From: Phoronis australis | Taxonomy: Eukaryota > Animalia > Phoronida | Direction: 5' to 3' | Assembly: GCA_002633005.1 (NCBI GenBank) | Contig: NMRA01000472.1 | Span: forward strand, 39,959 to 103,958 | Length of the DNA: 64,000 nucleotides | In this document: piece after piece, positions 1 through 10,805 of the stretch | How positions within the stretch are numbered: position 1 is the stretch's first letter | Layout of the letters: each line of letters starts with the position of its first letter | Made by a program: the position numbers and the translations under genes | The notes under the pieces: model-generated | The model's input: only the letters and a program-made list of their open reading frames with translations | The model's database searches: none | Told to the model about the DNA's origin: nothing

Positions 1-449
1 TGGAAGCGATTTTGATGCCGACGCTCACGCCGCATGGGAGGCTGTATGGGACTTCATTGTAAGAGTCATGTTCAAGGAAATCTAGTTGCTCTCTTTGTTT
101 CCAAGTTTTTCAAGTGTCTTTTTCAATACAACCTTCAATGTAACAGTGAATAATTATGTTGTTTTAAAAGAACATGGGTGAAGTTTTGTGCCGTATATTT
201 TGTCTGGTGCAGATTTTAAATCACGTATTTGTCAACAAATGTCGTATTGTCATTTCCCTGCTCGAGGCATAATATGATCGGTCGTGGCGATCTCGGCAAC
301 TCGTACTTACGTGTCCCTCAAGCAATAATGAACTGACAGTTCCTTCAAAGCTCAGATAGTAGTAATAGTAGTAGAACTCTAGTATGACGAAGGTGCAATT
401 TTAGACCATAATAATATATAAGTGGTCAAGATCAAAAGTTGTGACATTG

Positions 450-680
450 CAGTGGCGGATCTAGGATATCGCAAGGGGGGCCCAACATTTTGTCCGGCTG
501 TAAGCATTTGCGCAAACCACGATTGTAGATGCGCATAGCACTGAATGGGGGGTGGTCGAGAGGGGGGCTCCCCACCAGCCCAGGAAAATTTTCTGTCTTT
601 TCCTCTAAAAATCAAGCATTTTCCTTGATTCCTGAAGTATTATCCAAGAAAAAAGGCAAAAAACCGGAGAATGTGTCAAA
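450..680 (+). mobile_element. hAT-like MITE left end (CAGTGGCGGATCTAGG family)
   Basis: First ~100 nt nearly identical to 63890-64000; related termini at 27258-27412 and ~34660-34672; right boundary approximate. Confidence 0.6.
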
Positions 681-704
681 CAGGAAAAAATGCAATTATC
701 AGAG

Positions 705-770
705 ACTTGACCTCACGACCTAGCGGATAGAGCGCGCGTGCTTTACCACTACACCACCACGACTTCGCTA
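705..770 (-). repeat. Degenerate tRNA-derived SINE-like head
   Basis: A-box-like TGGTGTAGTGG and a degenerate B box; resembles 13975-14050. Confidence 0.35.
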
Positions 771-1194
771 CTAAATTCATGATAAGAGACCTTGTTGTTT
801 ATGGTCCACAGCGTTTGCGCGCGAAACCTATTTCTTTTTGTAATGCTTATTACACTTTTATATTTTGTGCAATCGGTTCTTAACAATTTTTTTTGTGTCT
901 AAAAGTCTTCAAATGCCCAAAAAACCATATCCGTTTTTCGTGTTGGCAATAATGACGGGATTGCTTTGGAAATCGTCTTAAGTTAAGGTTTGAGAAAGAG
1001 AGAATTATGAGTTTCTGAGTGATTCACTCGGGCTTCTATTAAAATTCACATCTTACCAGCAGCTTCTGTTTTTTCATCGTCACTCAGGTTCCATTTTCTT
1101 TATAAAATGAAGTAAATTTTCTTCATTGCACAGTGGAGCAGACGACGGAAACGGAGTCGTAGTGCGCAGCGCCACTGCCGGTCGCCTGGGATAT

Positions 1195-1821
1195 CGCGGG
1201 AGAACCTATACTTAGCCATTGTTCCGTTTGAATACGCCGTGTTCCGAATTTAACACTTGAAATTGGATCTGAGCCCCCCCCCAAACACTAAAACTGCACA
1301 CATTTAAATCTTTTCTTTTTTCCTCCGTATAATTTTAATTACCGGTGTTAATTAATAAACTCAACATNAAAGTAAGTTTTAAGCAACTAGTCTAGCTTAC
1401 TACATATCTTATCATGCTAAGTTTACACCGTGAAATTATCGTCTACTAAAGTAAGTAACCACTAGTTACTGAGTATAATGCCCAAGTCAATGATGACACG
1501 TTACCTGCATTCAAACTGGAGATCGCTTATTTACGAGCGAGAGAAAATGACAGATAAATTTTACTAAATTGGAGATGTTGTTTTCATTGAAATTTTGCGT
1601 CTTATTTTTCATAGCGTATAAATGTAGGTACAATGCCGTTTGTGATTATACATCGCGAGAGAGCCTATACTTAGCCATAGTTCCGTTACGATTGCGCCGT
1701 GTTCCGAATTTGACTCTTGAATTGGATCTGAGCCCCCCCTCCCAACACTAAAACTGCACACATTTAAAACTTGTTTCACCCATACAATTTTAATTAACGG
1801 GGTTAATTAATAAACTCAACA
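1195..1821. repeat. Local ~170-nt duplication (1195-1367 vs ~1655-1821) around the single N at 1368, enclosing a dispersed-repeat fragment
   Basis: Both copies contain cctatacttagccat...aataaactcaacat. 1375-1650 is a diverged inverted match to ~14110-14390. Confidence 0.6.
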
Positions 1822-2313
1822 TTTCCCCGCGCTCTTGCTGTTTTACATTTTTGCGGCAGCCAAGGGGGGGGGGGGTCTGTAGCTTTCACTCGTGTCTTGC
1901 ATTTGGGGGAACGCAACCCAAGTCAACCCGTCGGAACATTTTGATTAGTTCTCGACTGCGACCTCTTGCTCACAAACCAATCAGACGCCATTTTACCCGT
2001 CCGAGATTCATAAGGCTGGTGAGAGAATCAAATGCAGCCAATACGTACCCTCTGGACCCCCTTAATCCGACCATTGGGGAATACATTCATTGACTACTCA
2101 AAATATGCCTATGCAATGTAATTTACCGACAAATTTGAAATGACTTTAAAAATCATTTGTTTCTCGTTATTTCCAAAAACGTCTTCAGTGTCAACACTAG
2201 ATATGTGAAGATACCGTCCATAACCACGTGACATGTTGCAGTGTACTCCTTGTGCATGTGTGTTGAGGGTTGATGACTCCTGTCTCCTCAGTGAAGGGAG
2301 GTCCAGTGTGCGT

Positions 2314-4020
2314 TAGCCTTAGTGCAAAGCTGTATACTAAATATACAGCTTTGCACCGATGTGGGTAAAAAACTGGCCAAATAAAATCTAATGTCGTTAA
2401 AAGTTACACTCGTCCTTGAGTAAAATATATTATTTACGGGTGTTAGGAAAATTGGCGTTCTAACGTTATTCTTCTGCTAAAGCGATCTTATGCGTCGGCT
2501 TTCGGCGTCATAAAATATTGTGTCACGTATTAGTCAGTTTCTTTTTTCGTTGATTCATAAATCAACTGCTCTTCATCCACCAGGTTGCGAACATGTCATA
2601 ACAAATTATCGCAACTGGTTTCATTTCGTTAAAAGTTTTCAGTATTTTAATTTCGGAACAAACTTTTCTGCTGCGAAGCTGGAACCATTTTCCGAGAGAT
2701 GTCGCAAGAGATTTCGAAAATGGCGCGTGCGCGTGTTACGAGGCTATTGTTTTCAAAACGACGACATACTTATTTGTTGGAAAAGGCTGATAATTATGCA
2801 AGAGCATGACATCTGTTAGATTGTTTTTCATTTAAACGGCTGCAACGGGCAAGGTGAGTGTCGATTGACTCCCGAATTTTGCATGCACCCCCGCTGGTCG
2901 TCAGCTCTACGTGTTGATATAGACGAGGTGACGAGCAGAAGTACCCGAGCGGCATGAAATTTCGAGGTGTGTTGGAGCTTAACACATACAGCTTTATTAT
3001 TCATATAGTTAGCTGTATGAAGACTATCGTCAAAATACAGCTAGGTACCACTGTGTGTTTATCCTCCATATATCCGGCCCGAAATTGCACACAGCCAAGG
3101 TAGTTCTGCTCGTCAACTCGCCGTGAAACCTTTATCAACATGTAGAGCTAAAGACCGGACGGGGTGCATGCAAAATCCGGGAATCAAACGACAATCACCT
3201 TGCCCGTTACAGCTGTTTAAGTGGAAAACAATCTAATAAAGGTCATTTTCTTGCGTAATCCTCCGCCTTTTCTAACAAAGATAGGTTATGTCGTCGCATT
3301 GAAAACAGTACGCTCATGATACGCGCACGCGCTATTTCTTAAATTTTGCGACATCTTTCGGGAGATAATGATAGCTTGGCAGCAACAAAATTTCTTCTGA
3401 AAATCGTTTTTTCGGTATCAAAATTCTAAAAACTTATAATGATTTGAAACCAGTTCCGATAATTTGCTGTGACGTGTACGCAACCTCGCGAAAGAACAAC
3501 AGTTGTTTGAAAAAGAAACTGGGACCTGTTCCAAGAAACTGACTTAAGTTCATTTTTGACTTAGGTTTAAGATTTGTTATAAAAATCCAAACTTTGAAAC
3601 TTCCACATTCTGTTAGTTAGTGAAATTTAAGACAAAACTTACATCACACAGTTAATCCAAACTTAAGATCTCTTTCTTGAATTGGTTTTGAGACAAATTT
3701 AACTTTTATCTTAAAATTTACTAAAATTTAGGATTTGTCTTAGCTAAGCCAGTTTTGTTGGAACAGGCCCCTGGTCAATAAATGACGCAATATTTCATGG
3801 CTATGAAAGCCGTCGCTAAAGATCGCTCCACAACTTTAGCAGCAGAATAACGATAGAACGCCATTTTTCCAACACCGTTAAACAATTTACTTTACTAAAG
3901 GAAGAATGTAGTTTTTAATAACACTAATTTTGTGTCAGATTTTATCTTACCACTTTTTTACCCACATCCGCGCAAAGTTGTATATTTAGTATATAGCTTT
4001 GTACGAAGGCTAGCTGGCTA
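2314..4020. mobile_element. Non-autonomous foldback DNA transposon, Academ(H)-like
   Basis: TAG...CTA termini; perfect 9-bp TSD AGTGTGCGT (2305-2313 and 4021-4029); ~650-nt diverged inverted arms meeting near 3000; no coding capacity. Confidence 0.8.
3522..3770. mobile_element. Harbinger-like MITE nested in the foldback element
   Basis: TIRs GGACCTGTTCCAA / TTGGAACAGGCCC with a CTG TSD. Removing it restores the match to the host's left arm. Confidence 0.75.
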
Positions 4021-5069
4021 AGTGTGCGTAAGTCCAATTTCACCCGGTGGCTTTATACAAGTTTGGTACAATTAAACTAAAAACAGATTTGTAATTACAT
4101 AATGCACGGGAACAATTTAAAATTCAAATTTCACCGGGGCAAAGCCGCTACGAATATCGGTTAGTAATATTGGCAAGAGCGTAAATTATATGGGGTGGGG
4201 GGGGGGCTGTGATGTAAGGAAGACAGAAAAAGTTTGGGGCAGATGAGACTTCAAAATTTGAGAGTTCTCAAAAATGTGGCTTCATGTGAACTCTTCATCC
4301 GTTAGCTTAGTTTTAAATGACAGCAAAAATTAGTTTGGGGCGACCTCGATTAATCTCGTCATAGAGATACGCGTACATATATTAAGTCATTTATGTCGTT
4401 TTTTAACGTATTCAGTAAATTGGATTAACCAACGTCCAAATGAAATGATGTCAAATATTGGTATCGTGAATTTTCACTTTTATCTAAGCATCGAATTACC
4501 TGCTGATTCGTCTTAAAACAGTGGACTGTAATCTTTTCGAAGGTGTTTACTCTGAACTGTATTTTGCTCTCGACTTTAAAAAAAAAACGTTTAGGTCAAT
4601 CCGCACTCGCATAAATCAAGTTAGCGGGTGGTGAATCGTTCCAATGAAGTTATCAATGAACTCCACTTGTTCCACGGTTTTGTCATCTGCAGTTAAGAGC
4701 ACCAGCTCGCGGTCTTAAAACAACACAAGAAGGGGTACCGTCACAAGACATGAACCACTGACAATAATTGTTTTCAAAGATGGTGCTTATGGGTTTGAGA
4801 GTAGAAAAGTGAATTTTTGGGATTAGACTATTATCGGTTACAAGGCTTTTGAAAGTTATTTTCTATATCCAGAGCTCTAAAATAACAAAAATCCGTAGTG
4901 TATCTGTGATTTTATTAGAAATCGCCGATTCCCGACCTTGGCTTCCAGGCATTTGTTGGAGTTGTCTGAAACTCAGGTTGGTGACCTTATCAGTTAAGTG
5001 CGGACGGAGTTTAAATTTTGGACATGAAATTGACATGTTGCTGAAAAATTGTGGTGACAAGTGCTCTCT

Positions 5070-5320
5070 TGTTCGACAAATTGGCTTGTTTATCGACAAG
5101 AATGGTGTTCTTCGTCGTGCAAGTAGATTAGGCAGGGGTGATCACCAACACTGTTTCTCTAGAAACGCTGGTTTACTTATCTTGTGATTGAGAGAGCACT
5201 GTTACATTCAGGTAAAGGTTCAACTATTGTTGAAGTGCGGAAGGTGTTTTGGATACCTTCGTGTAGGGCTAAAGTTCGTAGAGTGCTACAAAAGTGTGTT
5301 ACGTGTTAAAAAGTTATGCC
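5070..5320 (+). mobile_element. BEL/Pao LTR-retrotransposon pol remnant
   Basis: GLFIDKNGVLRRASRLG, then in another frame an integrase Zn-finger-like LLHSGKGSTIVEVRKVFWIPSCRAKVRRVLQKCVTC. Confidence 0.7.
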
Positions 5321-6005
5321 GGGAAATGCTTAAACTACTCTTTACTACAAAAGCGATTTTGTTTAAAAACAGCAACTGCAGAGGCTGTGGGTTCCATTTA
5401 GTATTGGGACTGATTTCAAATTCATGATTGCCGTTGGCAATGTCAGTTTAACAATTCGTAAAACAGGAAATATGGCACTGTGAACAAGTTGCACAACGCA
5501 AGCACTGTATGTCTGACAGACAGAATCACTGCTGTCCTAGTTTTACAACCCGTTTATGGTATCTTTGCTCAAGTGGGACAAAATGCGTGAGCGCACGCCT
5601 TTACGCAGACTGGTTGACGTTTTCGTAAATTGCTCAGTAGGCCACCAATTTCGGTTTGAGAAACTGCTACTTTTATTAATTTCATTTGTTAGACTAGTAA
5701 ATAGTAAAACATGCCAAAATTATCAAAAGGTATTTGAAAGGTGCATTCCAATGATCATGCGCCCTGCATACATTTCATCGTCCAATCTGAACACACTTAG
5801 TATTCTTTCCGAAGTATTAGTACTGCATATTAAAATAAGTTGAGCTAATAATATTTCACTCTCTTCCTCAAACTTAACACTGGACACTGTTCACCTTAGT
5901 GTGTGTAGTAGGCGATGCATCGTTTGCGACACACCAATTTTGATCTACGAAGCAGACGATACATAAGATAATCACATGGACAATGGTCTAAAGATTCATG
6001 CTGCT

Positions 6006-6590
6006 TTACATTGTGCTAGTGAGATCGCTTTTTGCAAAATCCTTTTCTTGAGTCGTAGTTAATTCGGCGTCGACCATGTGTTGATCCGCATCCCTTTTCT
6101 TTGCTATTTGGTATAAAGTATGTCGACATAAGATGATAGAAGACATGGCCACTATAATTTCTATCAAGCCAATAATGGCTTGCACAATGTGAAGGGGGCT
6201 GTAGCTAACTGTAACGTCTAGGTGTTGATAGGAGCGCGGAACAGAATAATACATAGATTCTACGAAAAGTACTAGCGCTGCGAGTACAGCAACAGAAGCT
6301 GCCGCCACGTGTCGCCAAAGTGGTCGTGTGTCGTATGCACACGCTGCCTTGTAACCTGTGAATCCACTTGGTAGGAAAAAGAGCACCGTCCAGATTTCTA
6401 TGAGAGCGGTATCTGCCAAAGGAACGTTGAATACGCTTACAATTATCAAGCCGTTAATGATTCCAGCAAAGATGTCGACGAACTGAACCAGTGACAATCT
6501 GTAAACGTGAGATCCGTCGTCTGGTAAGAGATATTTCGCTGATTTAGCCGATTGTGCGTCAGCGTCGAGTTTATCTGGAGAAGAAGTCAT
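6006..6590 (-). CDS. CD20/MS4A-like four-TM protein, paralog 1 (194 aa from the ATG at 6590)
   Basis: Uninterrupted ORF with four hydrophobic segments. EIWTVLFFLPSGFTG and HIVQAIIGLIEIIVAMSSIILC align with the two neighbours and with the CD20-like W-x-G-x-F...G-x-x-G and TM4 E...S...C pattern. Confidence 0.8.
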   Translation of the reverse strand: MTSSPDKLDADAQSAKSAKYLLPDDGSHVYRLSLVQFVDIFAGIINGLIIVSVFNVPLADTALIEIWTVLFFLPSGFTGYKAACAYDTRPLWRHVAAASVAVLAALVLFVESMYYSVPRSYQHLDVTVSYSPLHIVQAIIGLIEIIVAMSSIILCRHTLYQIAKKRDADQHMVDAELTTTQEKDFAKSDLTSTM

Positions 6591-7071
6591 TTGCACCACT
6601 CACCACTTCACTCTGTATTTGCAACGTTGCTATTACCTTATTGCGTTTAAAATTTTCATCCGAAGAGTATATCTAGCACAAAAAATCAAGCTGACAATTC
6701 TAAGTTGATTGACAACTTTGCTACATAAGCTGAGGAGGAATGAAAGAGAAGTTCGAACTCCACATTCAGTACTCGTTACGACGAGAAAAAAATGGCGTGA
6801 AAACTTACTTTCGAGTTGCATTCTCGCAACAAAAGTATAGTGTTGTTCAAAACGTGCGTTTGACGGCAGCATTAATATGCATGCGTCTGCTGTGACATCT
6901 CAACTACTCTATTTGACAACAATTCTCTTTGTTTTTACGTCATTTAACGCTATCAGTCAAATCATAATCTATGGTCAAATATGAAATTCTTTGCGACATT
7001 TTATCTACGTCACGGACATAACCTTTCCTTGTTTGTCCACTTTTGTTTGCGTACAAGGTGAAGATTTCAAT

Positions 7072-7783
7072 GTCCGGTTGCATGAAACAGTGCCAAATAG
7101 CAATACTATTTGATGTGAATTTGTGTCGCTGTGACCTCCTTTTCGACTAATGACATTTTCTAATAATATAACTAAGTTTAATGAAAACAACTAGGGATTT
7201 GTTACTCAGATTGGGGGGGATTGTTCTAAAAACCGCCCGACACACACGACCCCTCGACCCACAACCCCCACGACCGACGACCCACAATATACTCCATGTA
7301 ACGTTGAGATACTTTTTAGTGACTGAAGAGCAGACGAGACGACTACACTCCGTCGGGAACGACATTTGTAGAGTTGGCGAAGTGTTTTGATTTGATTTGG
7401 TCTCGTTGTTGTTTTTTCCATTAATTGCAAAAACAAGGAAAAGCCAGCCGAGCTCACGGCCAGATTCGTTGGTTCTGTAAGTCAGCGCTTGTTCTATGTT
7501 CAGGTCTAGTCGAGCTTGTGTAGACTGTGTAGAGGGGGTTGTGGGCCGTGGGTCGAGAGGGTCGTAGGTCGTGGGGATCGAGGGATCTGAGAACAATCTG
7601 ATTAGGGGCGTTACATGAAAAGATCTCTATTTGTTTAAATAATATTGAGAATTAAACGTTCACTCTCGATTTGTATCAACGGTTAGTAGTGACATTAAAA
7701 TAGCTTAAGAAAGGACAACCAGTGTAAAGATTTAGGGAACTTGGTTGAATCCCGATTTGGGTTTGTTACAGGCATCCAGGCCC
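7072..7783. mobile_element. MITE (same family as 19790-20198) interrupted by a second MITE
   Basis: Shares ctaatga.attttctaata, catgaaaa...tctatttgtttaaataat and aaggacaa.cagtgt with the 19.8-20.2 kb copy; inverted termini; ends approximate. Confidence 0.6.
7218..7599. mobile_element. MuDR/Mutator-like MITE
   Basis: TIR GGATTGTTCT...AGAACAATCT with subterminal CGACCC/GGGTCG repeats; 9-bp TSD GATTGGGGG / GATTAGGGG (one mismatch). Confidence 0.6.
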
Positions 7784-8436
7784 GGAAGAGCTTGATATTT
7801 TAATAAATTTATTAGATTTTGAGGTAACCGCCAACACTACGGTGCAAGAACCAAATTATCCTGGTGGAGGTCAAATCTCCAACAAGGATATGACATGCAT
7901 CCATGTGCCAACATTCTCAATCTCGAGATTCGTAGTGTTAATATAAACAGAAAAAAACTCCAGTTATTATCCACTCCAGGAAAAGTAGGAAGTGGACGGA
8001 CGACAAAATTAGATTTCGTGTGTGGGTTCGGACCACAATCTAGATTGTGACGAACTCTGTGGTAGTTTACTTTGCAATCCAGGCAAGTTCCGTCATAAAA
8101 GGTGATGTGGAACACTGCAAATTACACGAAAACGTCCACGCCATCCAGCAAAACAGGACCCCATTGTTGTATTATAGGAGGCTGCCAACCTCTTGACCAA
8201 TTCCACTTGTTCTTCATCATGAGAGATAGCACAACATCATTTTTCAAAGTGCATAATCTTTTCTGAAAGAGCTCCAAAGAATTTAACATCTGATATTGAA
8301 AAAGATAAATTGAATTCGCTTTTGTTGCTATTTGAGGTGATAAATTAAAATTGATACGTGATGTTTTACATAAAAAATTAAAACTCTTGTCAAAGAGTTA
8401 TTTTGTTGCTTCGAGTCAATCCCTTGAGCAGGACTG

Positions 8437-9750
8437 TCATGTCAAATCGAGATTTATTGATCGGTTTTCCGGTTCCGCGTTCAAATTCTGCATATCCAAA
8501 ATGTTCATTCCGGGTTCAGGAGTATCAGGTCTGAAGATTTTAGAAGCTGGTGTGCTGTCCTTCAAGTCTTCAAGTTCAAGTGTTTCGGATGAACTGTTGC
8601 GTTCGGTTAGCGATGAGGAGTCTGGTCCTCTGTTATTATCTGTTCTGTTAAAGACGCAATTGGCTTGGTCAGATTCATTGAACGGACAAACTACCTGATT
8701 TCGGCACGATTCAGTTTCAGCCTGACGTTGCACTGTCTTCGCATTCTCGGATAGAGCAATGGGCCTCCCAGTAGATTTACATATTATTGTGGGCGTCCTT
8801 GGAATATTTTGACGTTGGTCAGCTTGCCATTGCTCTGTCGTTGATTTTTCGGCTAAAACAACCGGCTTCCCACTAGATCTACATATCTTTGTGGTTGTCT
8901 TTATCTCAACTGGAGTAGTTGGAGTGTTTTGTTGCTGTTCAACTTGTCCTTGTAATGTCTTTTGGTTTTCGGATGAACAGACGAGATCCGCAGTGATTTT
9001 ACTGGTCTTTTGTGGAACCTTGTCGGGTACCTGATCTCGAGAAGGTGAGACATCTTGACATTGAGCTCGTACATGTGCGGTTCCTGGAAACATATTTTTG
9101 TCCTGTATCAAACGGTCAGTGTCCAGTGGTTCACTTTCTTTTGACACGCTGAGAACTGGGGGTTCTACTTGAGCAATCACATAGTCTAATTTCGCTGAAT
9201 ATTCTGCGCCAACAACGACTGAACTAGTAGAGTCGTTAGGCTCTCCAAACGATTCCGGCTTCTGGATCACTTTCTCCCCTGTTGCTTTACATGTGATTTC
9301 AGTCTGTGTTCCACTATGTGACGCTCTCATCACGTGGAGGCATACAATGATAGACATAACAGAAGTTATCAGTTCGATGATTCCAAACACTGTCAGTGGT
9401 ATATGTGGTTCGCTATACCCAACGTCCTTGCCGTTGACTACTGACGACTCCGTCAAAAGGGACCCGCCGAAAATCAACAAGCCAGAACAACAACAGGAAA
9501 TGACCGATAGAGCAAGATGGTTGATGACGTCTGTGCGCCTGCTAGCGCGTGCTGCCACGAAGCCCATTCCTCCAGTGACGACAAAAAATGGCCCCGTCCA
9601 TAGTTCCAGCGCACCAGTTCTTTCTGGTTTTAGTACTCCTTCAAAGGATATAAACATTCCAGTAAGAAGACTGAGTAATCCCATAAACACATGGATGACA
9701 GATAGTGCCAAAACCGTTCCCGGGGGAACATGTAACGTCTGCGGTGGCAT
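8437..9750 (-). CDS. CD20/MS4A-like four-TM protein, paralog 2, with a long repetitive C-terminal tail (437 aa from ATG 9750; ORF open to 9810)
   Basis: ELWTGPFFVVTGGMG and YSEPHIPLTVFGIIELITSVMSIIVC. A splice acceptor (tttcttacag) lies 13 nt upstream of ATG 9750, and this ATG aligns with the start of paralog 3. Confidence 0.85.
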   Translation of the reverse strand: MPPQTLHVPPGTVLALSVIHVFMGLLSLLTGMFISFEGVLKPERTGALELWTGPFFVVTGGMGFVAARASRRTDVINHLALSVISCCCSGLLIFGGSLLTESSVVNGKDVGYSEPHIPLTVFGIIELITSVMSIIVCLHVMRASHSGTQTEITCKATGEKVIQKPESFGEPNDSTSSVVVGAEYSAKLDYVIAQVEPPVLSVSKESEPLDTDRLIQDKNMFPGTAHVRAQCQDVSPSRDQVPDKVPQKTSKITADLVCSSENQKTLQGQVEQQQNTPTTPVEIKTTTKICRSSGKPVVLAEKSTTEQWQADQRQNIPRTPTIICKSTGRPIALSENAKTVQRQAETESCRNQVVCPFNESDQANCVFNRTDNNRGPDSSSLTERNSSSETLELEDLKDSTPASKIFRPDTPEPGMNILDMQNLNAEPENRSINLDLT

Positions 9751-10655
9751 TATGTTGTCTTTTCTGTAAGAAACAAGATAGCTGTTTGGTAAGCGTTTTC
9801 CTTTTAACATTTGGAGTTATTGACTGGTCAATCGGACAAATCAACGATTCTGTCAAAAAAGTTCCAACCCGTCTTTACTGTCAATTAGAATCCGATATTG
9901 ATCCGAAGACGCTTTCAAAATTAGGGTATGGCTAAACACTATAAGGACGCGTTGCCTTATACAAAAAATCTTGAACAGTCGAATAGTGAGCTTCAAAAAC
10001 TGGTCTCACTGGGGTAAAAATTCTCGTTTTAGTTGTTAAATATCTGGCTTCTAACGCTATTTTAGTTTCACTAAACATTTAACTAAATTGCCATAAAAGA
10101 CTCTACATGTTAGCCAGTCCCATAATTTTATACAGCAGAACGTGAAAATATGCTATGCATAAGTGTTTGAACTTTCGTCTTCACGGCAGGCTGAGTTTCC
10201 TAAAGACTGCTACAGCGAGCTGTACCGCTCACACTGTCGTGAGAAGTTGAATTGTTAACAAGCTTCTGTCGATTGTTTCAAGAACGCACTCACTTTGAAT
10301 ACACTCAATAAACCTCAGAATGTCGCGTTGACTATTGCCCTGTTGCTCACTGCTAAACGCTGTATAGCAACGCCATCACACACCAAGATGCCAATGTCGA
10401 ATAATATCTGACGTCATGTCATTATTGATTAAACGGGCTTGACGCGCCACTGCTAATACGTTTCAAATTAGAGCTTCACTTGCTATGCACTGGATGACTA
10501 ACACTCTCGAGCTTGTCCTGCTATAAATTGCTGGAAGATGTCGCTTTCGGTTGCTCAGTGTCCGCTCTATTCTCAACATCTTTTAAATGTTCACTGTTTG
10601 AAATGCTGGAGGTTTCAATTTTTAGTTCCTCATTGTCTTAAAATTTTCACACCTG

Positions 10656-10805
10656 CCTCCCGTTCAGTAAAGCTAGGATCTCGCTCACAAGTAAGACTTC
10701 GCGAGATTACGGGTGACATTACTGTGTATTTTAAATGAGAACAGGTGACTTTGACTAGATTTTGGCTAGGTCCTAGCGTAAGTCCTAGCGTTACTGAACA
10801 CACGC
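10656..10805. mobile_element. 150-bp Harbinger-like MITE overlapping the stop codon of paralog 3
   Basis: Imperfect TIR CCTCCCGTTCAGTAA / TTACTGAACACACGC with CTG TSD (10653-10655 and 10806-10808); further copies at ~14945-15092 and 55642-55791. Confidence 0.85.

Noticed and set aside
10791-10805. Prenylation CaaX signal in the MITE-derived ACVQ terminus
   Set aside because: The Cys is third from the end, not fourth.
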